DNA of 60,357 nt. Origin: Stramenopiles sp. TOSAG23-2. Its lineage: Eukaryota. The stretch is from the NCBI GenBank assembly GCA_900128395.1, contig LT649251.1:1-60357 (forward strand). The letters are read 5' to 3'. Below are positions 22,107 to 35,779 of this stretch, piece by piece. Made by a program: the position numbers and the translations under genes. The notes below the pieces were generated by a model that saw only the letters and a program-made list of their open reading frames with translations, had not been told where the DNA came from and ran no database searches. Each line of letters starts with the position of its first letter. Within the stretch, counting starts at the first letter, position 1.

Positions 22107-22768
22107 GTTGTTGTTATATATATATTAATATATTATATAGTATTTCTCTACAGATATGATATATCTACTAAAGTGTCGGCGGGATGATTTATGTGATATT
22201 ATTATTATTTTAATATTATAATAATAATTATATATTCAAATGAGTGTCTATAATATATATATATATATATGTATGTATAATACACACACGCACCTACGTA
22301 TCTATAGCTTATAAATACGATTGTTTTTCGTGACTATTCGATGTATCACACGTAGATGTACAGTAAACGGCGCACTTCCAAACTACGCTACTTGGTCGTC
22401 TGACTATCTATCTATCCCATTTATTATAGTTTTATTATTCAAAATGTTGTGTGATCTTCTCTTGTTGTATTTTGACCAATCCTTTATTGCGGTGGTCAAA
22501 CAAGTTGCGGCGAATTTCCTCCATAGTGTGTCCATGTATAGCATGTAAATAGGGCGTCTTTATTTTAAAAAGAGGCCATTAAATTCGCCACTCAAATTCC
22601 AAATTCGCCACCAAATTTGCCACATATAAATGGAATAAAAGGCACATCAAATTCGCCGCATTATCGATAAGCCTGTGGCTTGCGTGGCTTGCGTGGGGAT
22701 GTGGGGATGCTGGATGATAGGTAAGTTTAGTATACTGCCATTGGTGCTTGATGGCGGATTATTAAGGT

Positions 22769-23216
22769 ATGGTTAAAATCTAAGTTATTATAATATTTAT
22801 AATAATTTTACTTCTCATGTTAAGTAATATATGCTCAACACTCAAAATTATTATTTAAATAAATATAAAAATAATGGTTAAAATCTAAGTTATAATATTT
22901 TTATACTTCTCGTGTTAAAGTAATATGCTCAATACTCAATAGCAAGAATAATATGTTATCCTACTATAGTAAAGCTCTAATGCACCTCTGCAAACTAATA
23001 CTCTACAAGCACAAGTAGGTTTCTATCCTTCCATGCGCGTTCGTTGAACGCGTTGGACGATATGTTATCCTACTATAGTAAAGCTCTAATGCACCTCTGC
23101 AAACTAATACTCTACAAGCACAAGTAGGTTTCTATCCTTCCAACATGTTCGAACGTTGAACGCGTTGGACGCCGGGCTCATTCGAAAACGGTGAGGCTGT
23201 CAAAGTGAAAGATCCT
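22769..23216 (-). mobile_element. Two adjacent copies of the GATGGTTAAAATCTAAG family (22769-22845 short; 22874-23216 long, with an internal duplication)
   Basis: Direct sequence match to 19141-19398. Confidence 0.75.
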
Positions 23217-23685
23217 TATACTCTCTACTAGTATTTAGTATGTCTTATCCCGGATATATTAAAATATTAATAAATGAATGAATCCCAACTTGGAGATCAC
23301 ATTCTTTTGGGCATTGTTGGGCACAGATATTATTATATTATTATTCCGGAAGAAGTATGTAAATTTTGCATCCACCATCATCACCATTCATATAATAAGC
23401 TGCACCAGCGGTATTATAATACTATAGCAAATACTCTCGCATATAGCACTTTGGCACTCTCATATAATATTAAGTATGAAGTATAATACATGTACAGTAT
23501 GTGAGAGTGCTGGAGTGCTACAATTCCCCCACTAATAACACCTGTGGTGGTAATACTAAATATACTAATATTAGGAAAAGACAAAATCCAGCATCAATTC
23601 CTATAAGCTGTGTCACGTGTCACTGCGTCACTGCTAGTATGGGATCTTATTATTAGCATATAAATAACATTAATAGAATTAAGTC

Positions 23686-24010
23686 AATAGTATATCATAA
23701 ATAGGACTTGTGTCAAATCTCTAAGTACAAATAGACAAGTTTTTTATACCACCTACATAGTATGATAAATAGGATCAAAAATAGTATAGTAAGAAGGCGT
23801 ATTTTAATTTTCTCCAAGTACAATAGACAAGTTTTTTAATATTACCAACATAGTATCATAAATAGGATCAAAACTAGTATAGTAAGAAGGCATATTTTGG
23901 CTAATGTGTCAAATAACTTTCTCCTAAGTACAATAGACAAGTTTTTAATACAACCTACATAGTATCATAGATAGGATCAAAAATAGTATAGTAAGAAGGC
24001 ATATTTTAAC
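23686..24010. repeat. Three diverged 93-110 bp tandem units
   Basis: AAGTACAATAGACAAGTTTTT...CATAGTATCATAAATAGGATCAAAAATAGTATAGTAAGAAGGCATATTTT at about 23723, 23816 and 23926. Confidence 0.9.
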
Positions 24011-24081
24011 TTGTCAAATAAAAAAAAAAAACAACAAAAAACAACAACTACTTTTTTAAAATGAATTTTAGTTATAGACCG

Positions 24082-24197
24082 AATAGGGGTAGTTGAAAAG
24101 ATGGTCTATATCTAAAATTTATTTATTTTAGCTTTATATAACATAAACTAAAATAAATAAATTTTAGATATAGACCATCTTTTCAACTCCCCCTATT
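24082..24197. repeat. Near-perfect hairpin: 50 bp stem, 16 nt loop
   Basis: 24082-24131 is the reverse complement of 24148-24197 with one mismatch. Confidence 0.9.
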
Positions 24198-24422
24198 GTT
24201 GTATTTGTTTTGTTTGTTTTCCTAATACTCGACAATATCAAATTATATATATATGTAACATATTTATGATAAAAAAAAAATACTTATTCATATATATATA
24301 TACATTTATATTTTTTATCAACATTTTGGTTCAATTTTTTAAAATTACTTTTTTTACGACATTTAACGACAAGTTTCACACATTATTATTATTTTTTTTT
24401 AAAAAAAAAGGAATAATACATC

Positions 24423-25109
24423 ATGGATGAATCATTAACATCAGAAGATAATGCTATTGTACAAGTAGAAATACTCGAAACATTAATAGTATGGTTTAAT
24501 AAATCCTTTCAAGAAGATTTATCTAACAACAACAACAACGACGCAAATACTACGTTAAATCATATAAACTTAGCAGATGGTTATTTATTATATCAAGCTG
24601 GTAATTTATTATCACCGGAACATTTTCCACAAGATGATACAACAAATAAATTAATACAAACACTTATGGATAATAGCAACGACAACAACACATCTTCACA
24701 AATGTGGATTAAGAAATCATCTTTATTGAAAACATTTTCAAAAGGTTTAATTGAATTTTTTCAAGATATTGCACATATTGATATTGAAGCACATTTAAGT
24801 GAACATGTTGATATTGTACAAATTGCTAAAAATGATGAATTAAATGGTAAAGTTGAATTAATGAAATTATTATTAGCTGCATCGATTAATTCAACAGAGA
24901 AACAAATATATGTTGAAATTATCATGGGAATGGAAGATGAGAAACAAGAACAATTAATGTATGTTATACAAGAATTTAGTGAAATTGCACAACCAATGGA
25001 TTATGATGACGATGATGATGTAGAAGAAGAAGAAGAAGACGACGATGAACATGATACAAATACAAACAACAATAGTAACAACAACAATAACAATAGTAGT
25101 AATAATCAC

Positions 25110-25148
<39 letters not shown>

Positions 25149-26891
25149 GATAATAATGATGATATAAGACGATCATCATTTGCAAGTAGTATTGGTTCAG
25201 ATGATTCAGAAGATAGTCAACGATCATTATCCTCACCAAATACAAATAAAAAAAGTAATAATAGCCATACAAGTAAACAATCTACTGCTGCATTTAATAT
25301 TGTTAAACATGAATTGGAAGATTTAAAATTACAATATAATAAATTAAATGAGAATCATACAAATATTTCAAAGAAATACAAAGAATTGCAAGGACAAATG
25401 CGTACAAACAAAGCAAAAGAAGCAGCCATGAAAGCAGAAGCATTAAATGCTGAACATACACAAGAATTGGAAAGATTATTGGAGCGTGCAGAACAAAATT
25501 TAATGGAAGTGCGTGCAACATCCGCGGAACGACAACGTGATTTACAACAAACTACCAGACGTTTAGCAGATGAATTAGATATTGCAAATGAAAAAATTCA
25601 AAATTTAGATAAAACGGAACTTGCATTAAATAAAGCAAAACAACGTTTAAGTGAAATGGGGAATTTAAAATTGCAAGTCAAAGAGTTGGAAGAGCAAAAC
25701 ACGGAATATATGGAAAAAATGTTACAACAAGAAGCGACGGTAAATGTAACGGTACCACAATTAAAAAGTCAAGTTGAAAGGTATAAAGATAAAGTAGTTG
25801 ATTTAGATAGTGCGTTGACTGGTAAATCAGCACGTATTATGGCACAAGAGAAAGATATTAGTAAATTGAAAGAACAAATTGTTGAATTGACAAAGAAAAA
25901 AAATAGTTTACATGAACAATTGGATAATGCACAATTAGAAATTGAACAATTAAAAGATGAAGTTTCGGATGCTAGTTATGGTGGTGGTGGTAGTAGTAGT
26001 AGTAGTAGTAATGAAGACAAAGAAACAATTGCTAGGTTGGAACGTCAAGTTAAAGCATTACGAATGATGTCAAAAAAAGCTAATAATAATAATAATAATA
26101 ATGCAACGACAACAACAACAGATATGAATATTTTAAAAGACGAATTGGATGATGCATTACGTAGTAAAGATCGTTTTCAAAATGAATTGATGAAATCAAA
26201 AACACAGATTGAAGAGTTAGAACAACAACTTTTGCTACAATCAAACAACAACAACAATAATAATAATGGAGATGGTAGCAATACGACGACGAAGAAAGCA
26301 CCATCATCGCCACCACCATCAACAAAAATGTTGGATCGATTAAAACAACGTAATGAAAAATTATCAAAACAAAATAATGAATTAAAACGTGAATTAATGG
26401 ATTTGGAACAAAAAATTGCAGAAATGGCAGAAGCAAATAATAATGATGAAAAAGCAAATATGGAAGTCATGATTGAAGAAAAAGAAGCAGTTGTAAAACA
26501 ATTAAAAAATTCATTAAAGGAAAAAGAAACGGTTTGTAATCAATTATCATTGGAAAAAGAAAAATTAGAAAATTATGTGAAACAAGCATTAAAAGCAACG
26601 AAAATGAAATATAAAGTAGCTGCACAAAGTTTAAAAGAAAATATTTTAAAAAAAGATGAAACAATTGTACAATTATCAAATAAAGTGGAAGTATTAAGTA
26701 GGAATCGGGAACATATGAAACAACAACATCGTACGGAGGAACGTTTAGTAATGAGTGCATTGTATGAAGTTGGTTTGGAAATGCAACGACGTATGGTAAC
26801 AAATGGTGGTGTCAGTGGCAATGTTAGTGGTCCAAGTAGTAATAATATGAGCAGTTGGTTGAATAAACGTAGAGCAGCAAAGCGGTCGTAA
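24423..26891 (+). CDS. HOOK: HOOK-family dynein adaptor
   Basis: N-terminal Hook domain (LADGYLLYQ...ELMKLLLAASINSTEKQIYVEIIMGMEDEKQEQLMYVIQE), long coiled coil with LADELDI, C-terminal EERLVMSALYEVG. Confidence 0.9.
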
Positions 26892-27073
26892 AAACAGATT
26901 TTTTAACGAGAAACGAGAAGTAACAAAAGTTCGTCACATACATGTGTGTATGTCCAAGTAGTAATAATATGAGCAGTTGGTTGAATAAACGTAGAGCAGC
27001 AAAGCGGTCGTAAAAACAGATTTTTTAACGAGAAACGAGAAGTAACAAAAGTTCGTCACATACATGTGTGTAT
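26830..27073. repeat. Exact 122 bp tandem duplication spanning the HOOK stop codon
   Basis: 26830-26951 equals 26952-27073. Confidence 0.95.
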
Positions 27074-27165
27074 CATAAATATAATATCATTATTTTCTAT
27101 GCATATTTTCATACTTAGTTTTCTCGTACTTCGTATATATTATTATTTTTTTGTACTGTTCACTA

Positions 27166-27573
27166 TACATAGCATTGTAATGCGATATTATATCATTATA
27201 TCTATTTACTTCGTACTTACATATACTAAATACTGTAATATACCTATCAAGTATATCACAATGGTATGTCGTATGTCGTCATGTTATATAGCAGGTGAAT
27301 ACTACATAGCATTGTAATGCGATATTATATCATTATATCTATTTACTTCGTACTTACATATACTAAATACTGTAATATACCTATCAAGTATATCACAATG
27401 GTATGTCGTATGTCGTCATGTTATATAGCAGGTGAATACTACATAGCATTGTAATGCGATATTATATCATTATATCTATTTACTTCGTACTTACATATAC
27501 TAAATACTGTAATGTACCTATCAAATATATCACAATGGTATGTCTATCTTGTATATATATAGCAGGTGAATAC
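27166..27573. repeat. Three 137 bp tandem units
   Basis: TACATAGCATTGTAATGCGATATT starts at 27166, 27303 and 27440; the third copy is slightly diverged. Confidence 0.95.
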
Positions 27574-27759
27574 CGGTGGACCAGGTTTTGACCCATAGGT
27601 TTACTATTGTGGAAAGGGGCCGGTGATGAATATATACGTTTTATCCGACAACAACAAAACTTCTTCCAAGAAGTGCCCCAAAGTTGGACATATTTTTATA
27701 ATAAATATTATTACAAACATTGCTAAAGGAATGCATGGATATAGTGGGAAATGTTTTCG

Positions 27760-28475
27760 ATTTCAATTGCAAATATAGTATATCATATACCATATTGTAT
27801 CAACGTATTTTTTATTACGAATTGAATAGTAGTAGTTGTGTTTGGTTGTTTGTCTTTGATTTTTTTTTCAATTGCAAATATATAACATATATCATATTGT
27901 ATCAACGAAAAAAGCATATTTTTTATTACTGATTGATTAATAGTAGTTTGTGTTTGTTTGTTTGTCTTTGATTTTTTTTCAATTGCAAATATATAACATA
28001 TATACCATATTGTATCAACGGAAAAAGCATATTTTTTATTACTAATTGATTAGTAGTTTGTTTGTTTGTTTGTTTGTCTTTGATTTTTTTTCAATTGCAA
28101 ATATATAACATATATCATATTGTATCAACGAAAAAAGCATATTTTTTATTACTGATTGATTAATAGTAGTTTGTGTTTGTTTGTTTGTCTTTGATTTTTT
28201 TTCAATTGCAAATATATAACATATATACCATATTGTATCAACGGAAAAAGCATATTTTTTATTACTAATTGATTAGTAGTTTGTTTGTTTGTTTGTTTGT
28301 CTTTGATTTTTTTTCAATTGCAAATATATAACATATATCATATTGTATCAACGAAAAAAGCATATTTTTTATTACCACTTAGTTAATAATTGTTTGTGTC
28401 TGTTTGTCTTTGTTTTCTTTCAATTGCAAATATAGAACATACCATATTGTATAAACGAAAAAAAGCATATTTGAT
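27760..28475. repeat. Seven about 111 bp tandem units with a 223 bp higher-order dimer
   Basis: CAATTGCAAATATA at 27764, 27869, 27980, 28092, 28203, 28315 and 28421. Confidence 0.95.
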
Positions 28476-28505
28476 TAACAATTAATTGACGTAGAAAGAT
28501 CAAAC

Positions 28506-29173
28506 ATGCCAAGACGTTTTGCACGAAGACATCATACTGGTAAATGTAAGTATAATCGACCTGCATGCATTGGTTTTATATGGGATGAAGCTTTCATTAA
28601 CTGATATCTTGTATCTACTCATTATTTATTATACCTTGTTTCTAACAATATAAATATATATATATATAATTATATTTATAGCAAATTTAGAACGAGCAAT
28701 TCCAGCAATTGATATAGAAGAATTAAAAGTTAAACCACCTGTCTTGAAATATATTGATCCGCACGAACATGTAGTAAGTAAATTTTATTTTCCTAAAACT
28801 TTATAACAATATCCTTCTAACAAAATGCTCCACAGGCTAAAGATTGGAAAAGACCCACAAAGTTATATGAACCGCCAACAGTAACTCATACAAAGCTTGG
28901 TGGAACGCTAGTTAGGGTAAGTAAAATAAAACAAAATGAAAATAAGAAGAAGATAACCTTTCTAACCAATACACTCCACAGCCGGAATCACGATGCTCAG
29001 CAGAAAAAGTAAGCCATGTAGTAGATTCTTTTATGGAATCACATAAAGAAGTCGTTTTTATGCAACAACAATGGTCAAACGCTCAACCATTATTGGGTGT
29101 CTCCGAATGGCTTCCTGGCGAGGCGCCAAGAGCTAAACCGATCTTTACAAATACAGATGATATATTCCAATGA
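28506..29173 (+). CDS. Four-exon gene for a 134 aa protein of unknown function (28506-28545, 28682-28773, 28836-28916, 28982-29173)
   Basis: Three GTAAGT donors, each with a TTCTAAC branch site and YAG acceptor, join into one open frame MPRRFARRHHTGKSNLERAIPAID...PIFTNTDDIFQ*. Confidence 0.85.
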
Positions 29174-29370
29174 GTAAAAAAATGATACACTGTGGATAAT
29201 TAAAAAATACGAAGCTGCCTAGAAATATCTGTCCGCGCTCCGAACTGATAATAAACATTATATTATATACGTACAAAAACACGGTGGAACGTAGAAAAAA
29301 CTTTCAAACTTCCTTGCAAGGTTGAAAGGTTCTTTTGTTCTTTTTATTTTTTGTATTTTTTATAATGATC

Positions 29371-29601
29371 TGGTTAAAATCTATGATAAAAGTTTATTTA
29401 ATAATTTTAGTTCCCGTGGTAAATACTACACGGTACGCCGTACGCTCAATACTATCTCAGGAATGATATTGTTAATCGGATTAAGTTAATCCTCGCAATC
29501 TAAGAAGGATTTACTCCTACTCGTACTATTAAATAAAGCTCTCATGCGCCGTGCGCCGCCGCAAGCTAAAATACTCTATCATCTATCCTGCACAAGTAGG
29601 T
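29371..29601 (-). mobile_element. Diverged copy (subfamily 2) of the GATGGTTAAAATCT family
   Basis: Starts TGGTTAAAATCTA; shares GCTCAATACT, AAAGCTCT and CACAAGTAGGT with the 19.2 kb copy and TTTACTCCTAC...GCGCCGCCGCAAGCTAA with 51199-51349. Confidence 0.65.
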
Positions 29602-29678
29602 CTGAAATCCTCATGATGATTCCTATCATACTATGATATTATATCACACAAAATTCTGGTACTTTTTCTCTTCTTTTT

Positions 29679-32600
29679 TTAGAATTTACAATTTTCACGT
29701 TTGACCTTGATATTAGTACCACTGCTTAACTGAACAAGATATCTACCAGCTGCTCTATCATATTGTATCACATTTGCTTTTATACCATTGTATTTTTCAT
29801 TTGATAAATTTTGTAAGACAGCTCTAGTGCCTCTTGGTACGATAATATTTTCTCTTTTTAATGCCATTGCTTTCCCACCAGCTATTTGTACTATTAGACG
29901 GTCGCCTTTATAACCAACAACATTTCCGGTTTGTCCATTATATTCTGGTTTTGATTTAATACCAATTATTTCAACATTTTGAATTAGTTGTTGCAAATTA
30001 GACAATGTTAACGCTAATGGAGGAGTTTCTGGTCCTATATCTACTGTATATTCCTCTTTACTGTTGTCAAAATGTTTAATTCTTCCTATCCGACCATTAT
30101 GTTGTGTAGCATCAGTTAAACTATGAATATATACAGCAGTACCTTGTTTTAAAATACCAACATGGTCTGCTTGACTCTGTTGCCGTCCTAAGGTAGCACG
30201 GGATTTGCAGCCAAAAAGAAAATTTTGTGTTTTTAATGTATCTGGGTGTTTTGGTCCTAACATTTCTTCTTGAACTTCTAATGCACGTTTATATAATAAT
30301 TCAGCTTTATCTAATTTATTTTGTTTTTCGAACAATAAAGCAAGATTAGCGACTGTTGTTAATGTATCTTTATGTTTTGGTCCATGTATTTTTTCAAAAC
30401 CTTCTAATGCACGTTTATATAATAATTCAGCTTCATCTAATTTATTTTGTTTTTCGAACAATAAAGCAAGACTATTGACTGTTGTTAATGTATCATTGTG
30501 TTTTAGTCCTAACATTTCTTCTTGACCTTTTAATGCACGTTTATATAATAATTCAGCTTCATTTAATTTATTTTGTTTTGAGAACAATAAAGCAAGATTA
30601 TGGACTGTTGTTAATATATCTTTATGTTTTGGTCCATGTATTTTTTCAAAACCTTCTAATACACGTTTATATAATAATTCAGCTTCATCTAATTTATTTT
30701 GTTTTTCGAACAATAAAGCAAGACTATTGACTGTTGTTAATGTATCTTTGTGTTTTAGTCCTAACATTTCTTCTTGACCTTTTAATGCACGTTTATATAA
30801 TAATTCAGCTTCATCTAATTTATTTTGTTTTGAGAACAATAAAGCAAGACTATTGACTGTTGTTAATGTATCATTGTGTTTTAGTCCTAACATTTCTTCT
30901 TGCTGGATTGTTCCAACAACAAAATAAATTAGATGAAGCTGAATCATTATATAAACGTGCATTAGAAGGTACAGAAGAAACGTTAGGACGAAAACATTCA
31001 GATACATTAACAACAGTCAATAATCTTGCTGCATTGTTCTCAAAACAAAATAAATTAAATGTGCACGTTTATATAATAATTCAGCTTCATCTAATTTATT
31101 TTGTTTTGAGAACAATAAAGCAAGATTATTGACTGTTCTTAATGTATCTGAATGTTTTGGTCCTAACATTTCTTCACAACCTTCTAATGCACGTTTATAT
31201 AATAATTCAGCTTCATCTAATTTATTTTGTTTTGAGAACAATAAAGCAAGATTATTGACTGTTCTTAATGTATCTTTGTGTTTTAGTCCTAACATTTCTT
31301 CTTGACCTTTTAATGCACGTTTATATAATAATTCAGCTTCATCTAATTTATTTTGTTTTTCGAACAATCCAGCAAGATTAGCGACTGTTGTTAATGTAAG
31401 TGAATGTTTTGATCCAAGTATTTCTTCTTGACCTTTTAATGCACGTTTATATAATAATGCAGCTTCATCTAATTTATTTTGTTTTGAGAACAATAAAGCA
31501 AGATTACCGACTGTATTTAATGTAGATGAATGTTTTCGTCCTAACATTTCTTCATAACCTTCTAATGCACGTTTATATAATAATTCAGCTTCATCTAATT
31601 TACCTTGACCAGATAACATCGCACCAAGTGTTAATGTATCTTTGTGTTTTAGTCCTAACATTTCTTCTTGACCTTTTAATGCACGTTTATATAATAATGC
31701 AGCTTCATCTAATTTATTTTGTTTTTCGAACAATCCAGCAAGATTAGCGACTGTTGTTAATGTAAGTGAATGTTTTGATCCAAGTATTTCTTCTTGACCT
31801 TTTAATGCACGTTTATATAATAATTCAGCTTCATCTAATTTATTTTGTTTTGAGAACAATAAAGCAAGATTATTGACTGTTCTTAATGTATCTGAATGTT
31901 TTCGTCCTAACATTTCTTCTCAACCTTCTAATGCACGTTTATATAATAATTCAGCTTCATCTAATTTACCTTGACCAGATAACATCGCACCAAGTGCATT
32001 AGAAGGTTTTGAAGAAATGTTAGTTAATGAAGAAATGTTAGGAGTGACCTTTTAATGCACGTTTATATAATAATTCAGCTTCATCTAATTTATTTTGTTG
32101 TTGGAACAATCCAGCAAGATTATTGACTGTATTTAATGTAAGTAATTGTTTTGCTCCTAACATTTCTTCATTAACTAACATTTCTTCAAAACCTTCTAAT
32201 GCACGTTTAAATAATAATTCAGCTTCATCTAATTTATTTTGTTGGTAGAACAATCCAGCAAGATTATTGACTGTTGTTAATGTATCTGAATGTTTTCGTC
32301 CTTGTATTTTTTCAAAACCTTCTAATGCACGCTTATATAATCATTCAGCTTCATCTCATTTATTTTCTTCTAATGCACGTTTATATAATGATTCAGCTTC
32401 ATCTAATTTATTTTGTTGTTGGAACAATCCAGCAAGATTATTGACTGTTGTTAATGTATCTGAATGTTTTCGTCCTAACATTTCTTCTCGACCTTCTAAT
32501 GCACGTTTATATAATAATTCAGCTTCATCTAATTTACCTTGACCAGATAACATCGCACCAAGTGCATTCATCAATTTCAATTTCTTCTCCACATCAACAC

Positions 32601-34713
32601 CACCACCTTTATCCTTTCCACCCCCGTCCTCCTCCTCCTCCTCCTTCCTCTCCATTTCCTTCAAATAACGTTTACCAATCTCAACTAAACCACTTTGAAT
32701 ACCCATTTGACAATTTGAATTTACAGCTTGAAAACCACCATTTGTATTTTCAACTGCCACCTTAATCTTTTCTTCATCATTTTCATTACCTGCTTTTGAA
32801 TTACGTGTATCAATATTACATAAATTCTGCATAATTGCATGATAATCATTTAATAACGTATCGATAAAATCATCTTCTTGACTTTTTGGTAATACAACTT
32901 CCAATTTTGATTCAGTTTCAATCGTTGAATTAATTTCCCATAAACACCATGAACGTCTTAATGGTATTGGATTTTTCCATGGTGCTAATATTAACATGGT
33001 ATGTCCTATATCACCAACTGCATCTTTAAATGTTGTTTGAAAATCAACATTTTTCCATACATGTTGATTTACTGTACATATATCAAACCATATATAATCA
33101 TTTATTGGATCAACACGTTCACTTAATGATTGTACAATATCTTCAAATTTATATTTCCATGCATGTGATATAAAACGTGTTGCTTTACCAACATTTTGTT
33201 GTTGTTTCATATCATTTGAAGATGCTAGTAATTCTAAGTATGATAATTGAATAGTTGCAGTATCGTATTTAGTAATTTCTTCCATTGCATCTTTTGTTGT
33301 CATGAATGTATCACGAATATAAGTATTACCTTGTTCATCGAATAAACCATGTGAAGTTTGCTTTATTATTTTCTTAAAAGCTTCTGATTCATCATTATTA
33401 TTATTATTATTTTTTTGATTTCCATAGCGTATCTCAAAATGTTCATAAATTGATTTATAATTTTGCGGAGGACTAAATTTCAATTTGCCATTGCCACCAC
33501 CAAAACATACCTTCTGATTCATCATTATTATTATTATTATTTTTTTGATTTCCATAGCGTATCTCAAAATGTTCATAAATTGATTTATAATTTTGCGGAG
33601 GACTAAATTTCAATTTGCCATTGCCACCACCAAAACATACTCGTATTTTCATTTCTCCATCCCCATCTAATGTAAATGCGGGGTATACACCACCAGTGAA
33701 ATTACAATTGGTAAATGCATCGCCTTGGTATTCATTATTTACGTAAAATCCAATAGTTTTGTTCTCAATATCGATAGCGAAACCAATTCGATCGCCATCT
33801 TTCCATTCTTTTCCATACGCAGAATCGCCATTCCACCATTTAAGTTTTCTATCCCCATCTACACCCCAACTATGCTTACAATCACCAATTCCATTATCTT
33901 GACCATTAGACGTAAAAGCTTCATCCGCCCAACCAAATTGAGGACAAGATCCACTTACATCACCAATTACTTCAATTTCATAATACCATTTTCCGGATGT
34001 TAAACTTATATTATCCAAGCGCCAGGTTGGAAAATATCCTGTTGTGGAACACGTAAACGGACCAGATACATCTTCCGCTACAACCTTCTGATGTTTTTTA
34101 ATGGCCTTCTGATGTTTTTTAATGGAATCGTTCACATTACACATGTACACGTAAACGGACCAGATACATCTTCCGCTACAACCTTCTGATGTTTTTTAAT
34201 GGCCTTCTGATGTTTTTTAATGGAATCGTTCACATTACACATGTATGAAACTTGCAATTTACAAAGTTGTAAACTCGATGTAGTCGCAATAATGTTATTT
34301 GTTATATCCCAATCCCAATGTGCAAAATTCGCTTCGTGATTGAATTTCTCTGGTGTTTTAATTGGTGTTAATGTATATTCATTGTTTTCTGTAACATTTG
34401 TTACTGCATAAACTTGGTTTTTTTTTACATCTTTCACGCGATCACCAATTGCAGCTTTCATATTTGGCTTGATCAACAATTGTTCTTGCTCATTTAACGT
34501 AATATTTTCTCGAACAATTTGTTTATTACTATTCAATTTACGTATTTGTAAGATATTATCTGCTAATTTAATTGCACTATTTCCTTTATAAAAAACACGT
34601 TCCGCACTGTTAAAGTCATTCAATCGTTTGGATATATCTTGTAATACATGTATTTTCACACCACGTATATCCATTTTATGGACGTTATTGTTTTGATTTG
34701 CAATCGATGCCAT
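29679..34713 (-). pseudogene. Disrupted SPRY - TIR-like - TPR array (kinesin light chain/TPR_10-12 type) - SH3-like tail gene; frame broken by duplications and inversions in this assembly
   Basis: ORFs 34713-34132, 34150-33473, 33576-32356, 32253-32038, 31913-31017 and 31013-29679 are consecutive pieces: SPRY (GKWYYEIEV...QFGWA...SWGVDG), FISHAW...YIWFDICTVNQH...RSWCLWEI, about 18 repeats of 42 aa, three V.I..L....YNG..G.V modules. Confidence 0.8.
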
Positions 34714-35779
34714 GATTGTAATTTACTAGATATTATATCTGTGTTTCTTCAAATGTTTCCAATACTTTTTATGGACTTATATATAATAATACTTGTAGTT
34801 AATTTAGACGAAAAATATATGAATTAAAATTTAAAATATTAAATGTAATAATATGCAATTTTTCACTTTCTCCGTCGTATGTAAATAATTTTTACAACTT
34901 TTTTTTACTAAATATATTTATGATACACAATACGTAGATAATCAATATGTTATGACTAGTATTAGTTGTATATAAATATATCTCAATATTCTTTTTCGTT
35001 CACTCTTTCTACATCGACAACTAACATCTACATCTATCTTATGTTTTGTAATGTGCTAATGATTTTCCTGTTGTAAATGTGAACATAATACGTGATTATT
35101 TTTATCACAAATAAATCCATTTTATCCTCTATAAAAATATTCATTGTTCCTTCCATTAACATATAAATAATATAAAAAATAAATGATTAAAATACCTTAT
35201 AAGTATCGTACATAATGATAAATATCCGATATTGGTCATTTTTATGTTTAAAAAATGTTGGTCTTTGAGTAAATTTACTTATTATTAATGATAATGAGAA
35301 TGATTTTTACCACAAATAAATCCATTTTATACTCTATAAAAATATTCATTGTTCCTTCCATTAACATATAAATAATATTATATATAAATGACTAAAATAC
35401 CAATAATATCATAGTATATAATTATAAATATCCGATTTATAGATTACTTTTACACACTTCACCCCCGCTTCTTTCTTACCCTTTTTATCATCAAATTCCT
35501 CAACAAATAATTAATAAAAAAATACTCCACGAACACCCCACCCCTACCGACCTACTTACAGAATAAGTCACCACAAGTTATAAACCTCTATAGATGTCCT
35601 TCATGGCATATAAAACGGTAGCCAGCGTAATAATATATATAAATTGAATCAGCAGAAATAGTAGAGTCCGCATCACATTACATTTCGCTGCTTTTCATTT
35701 AGAAAAAGAAAAAAAAATAATTTAATAATAAATTTATTAATTGCGAAATTTGTTTGTTAATTCTCTATTTTATAATAAA

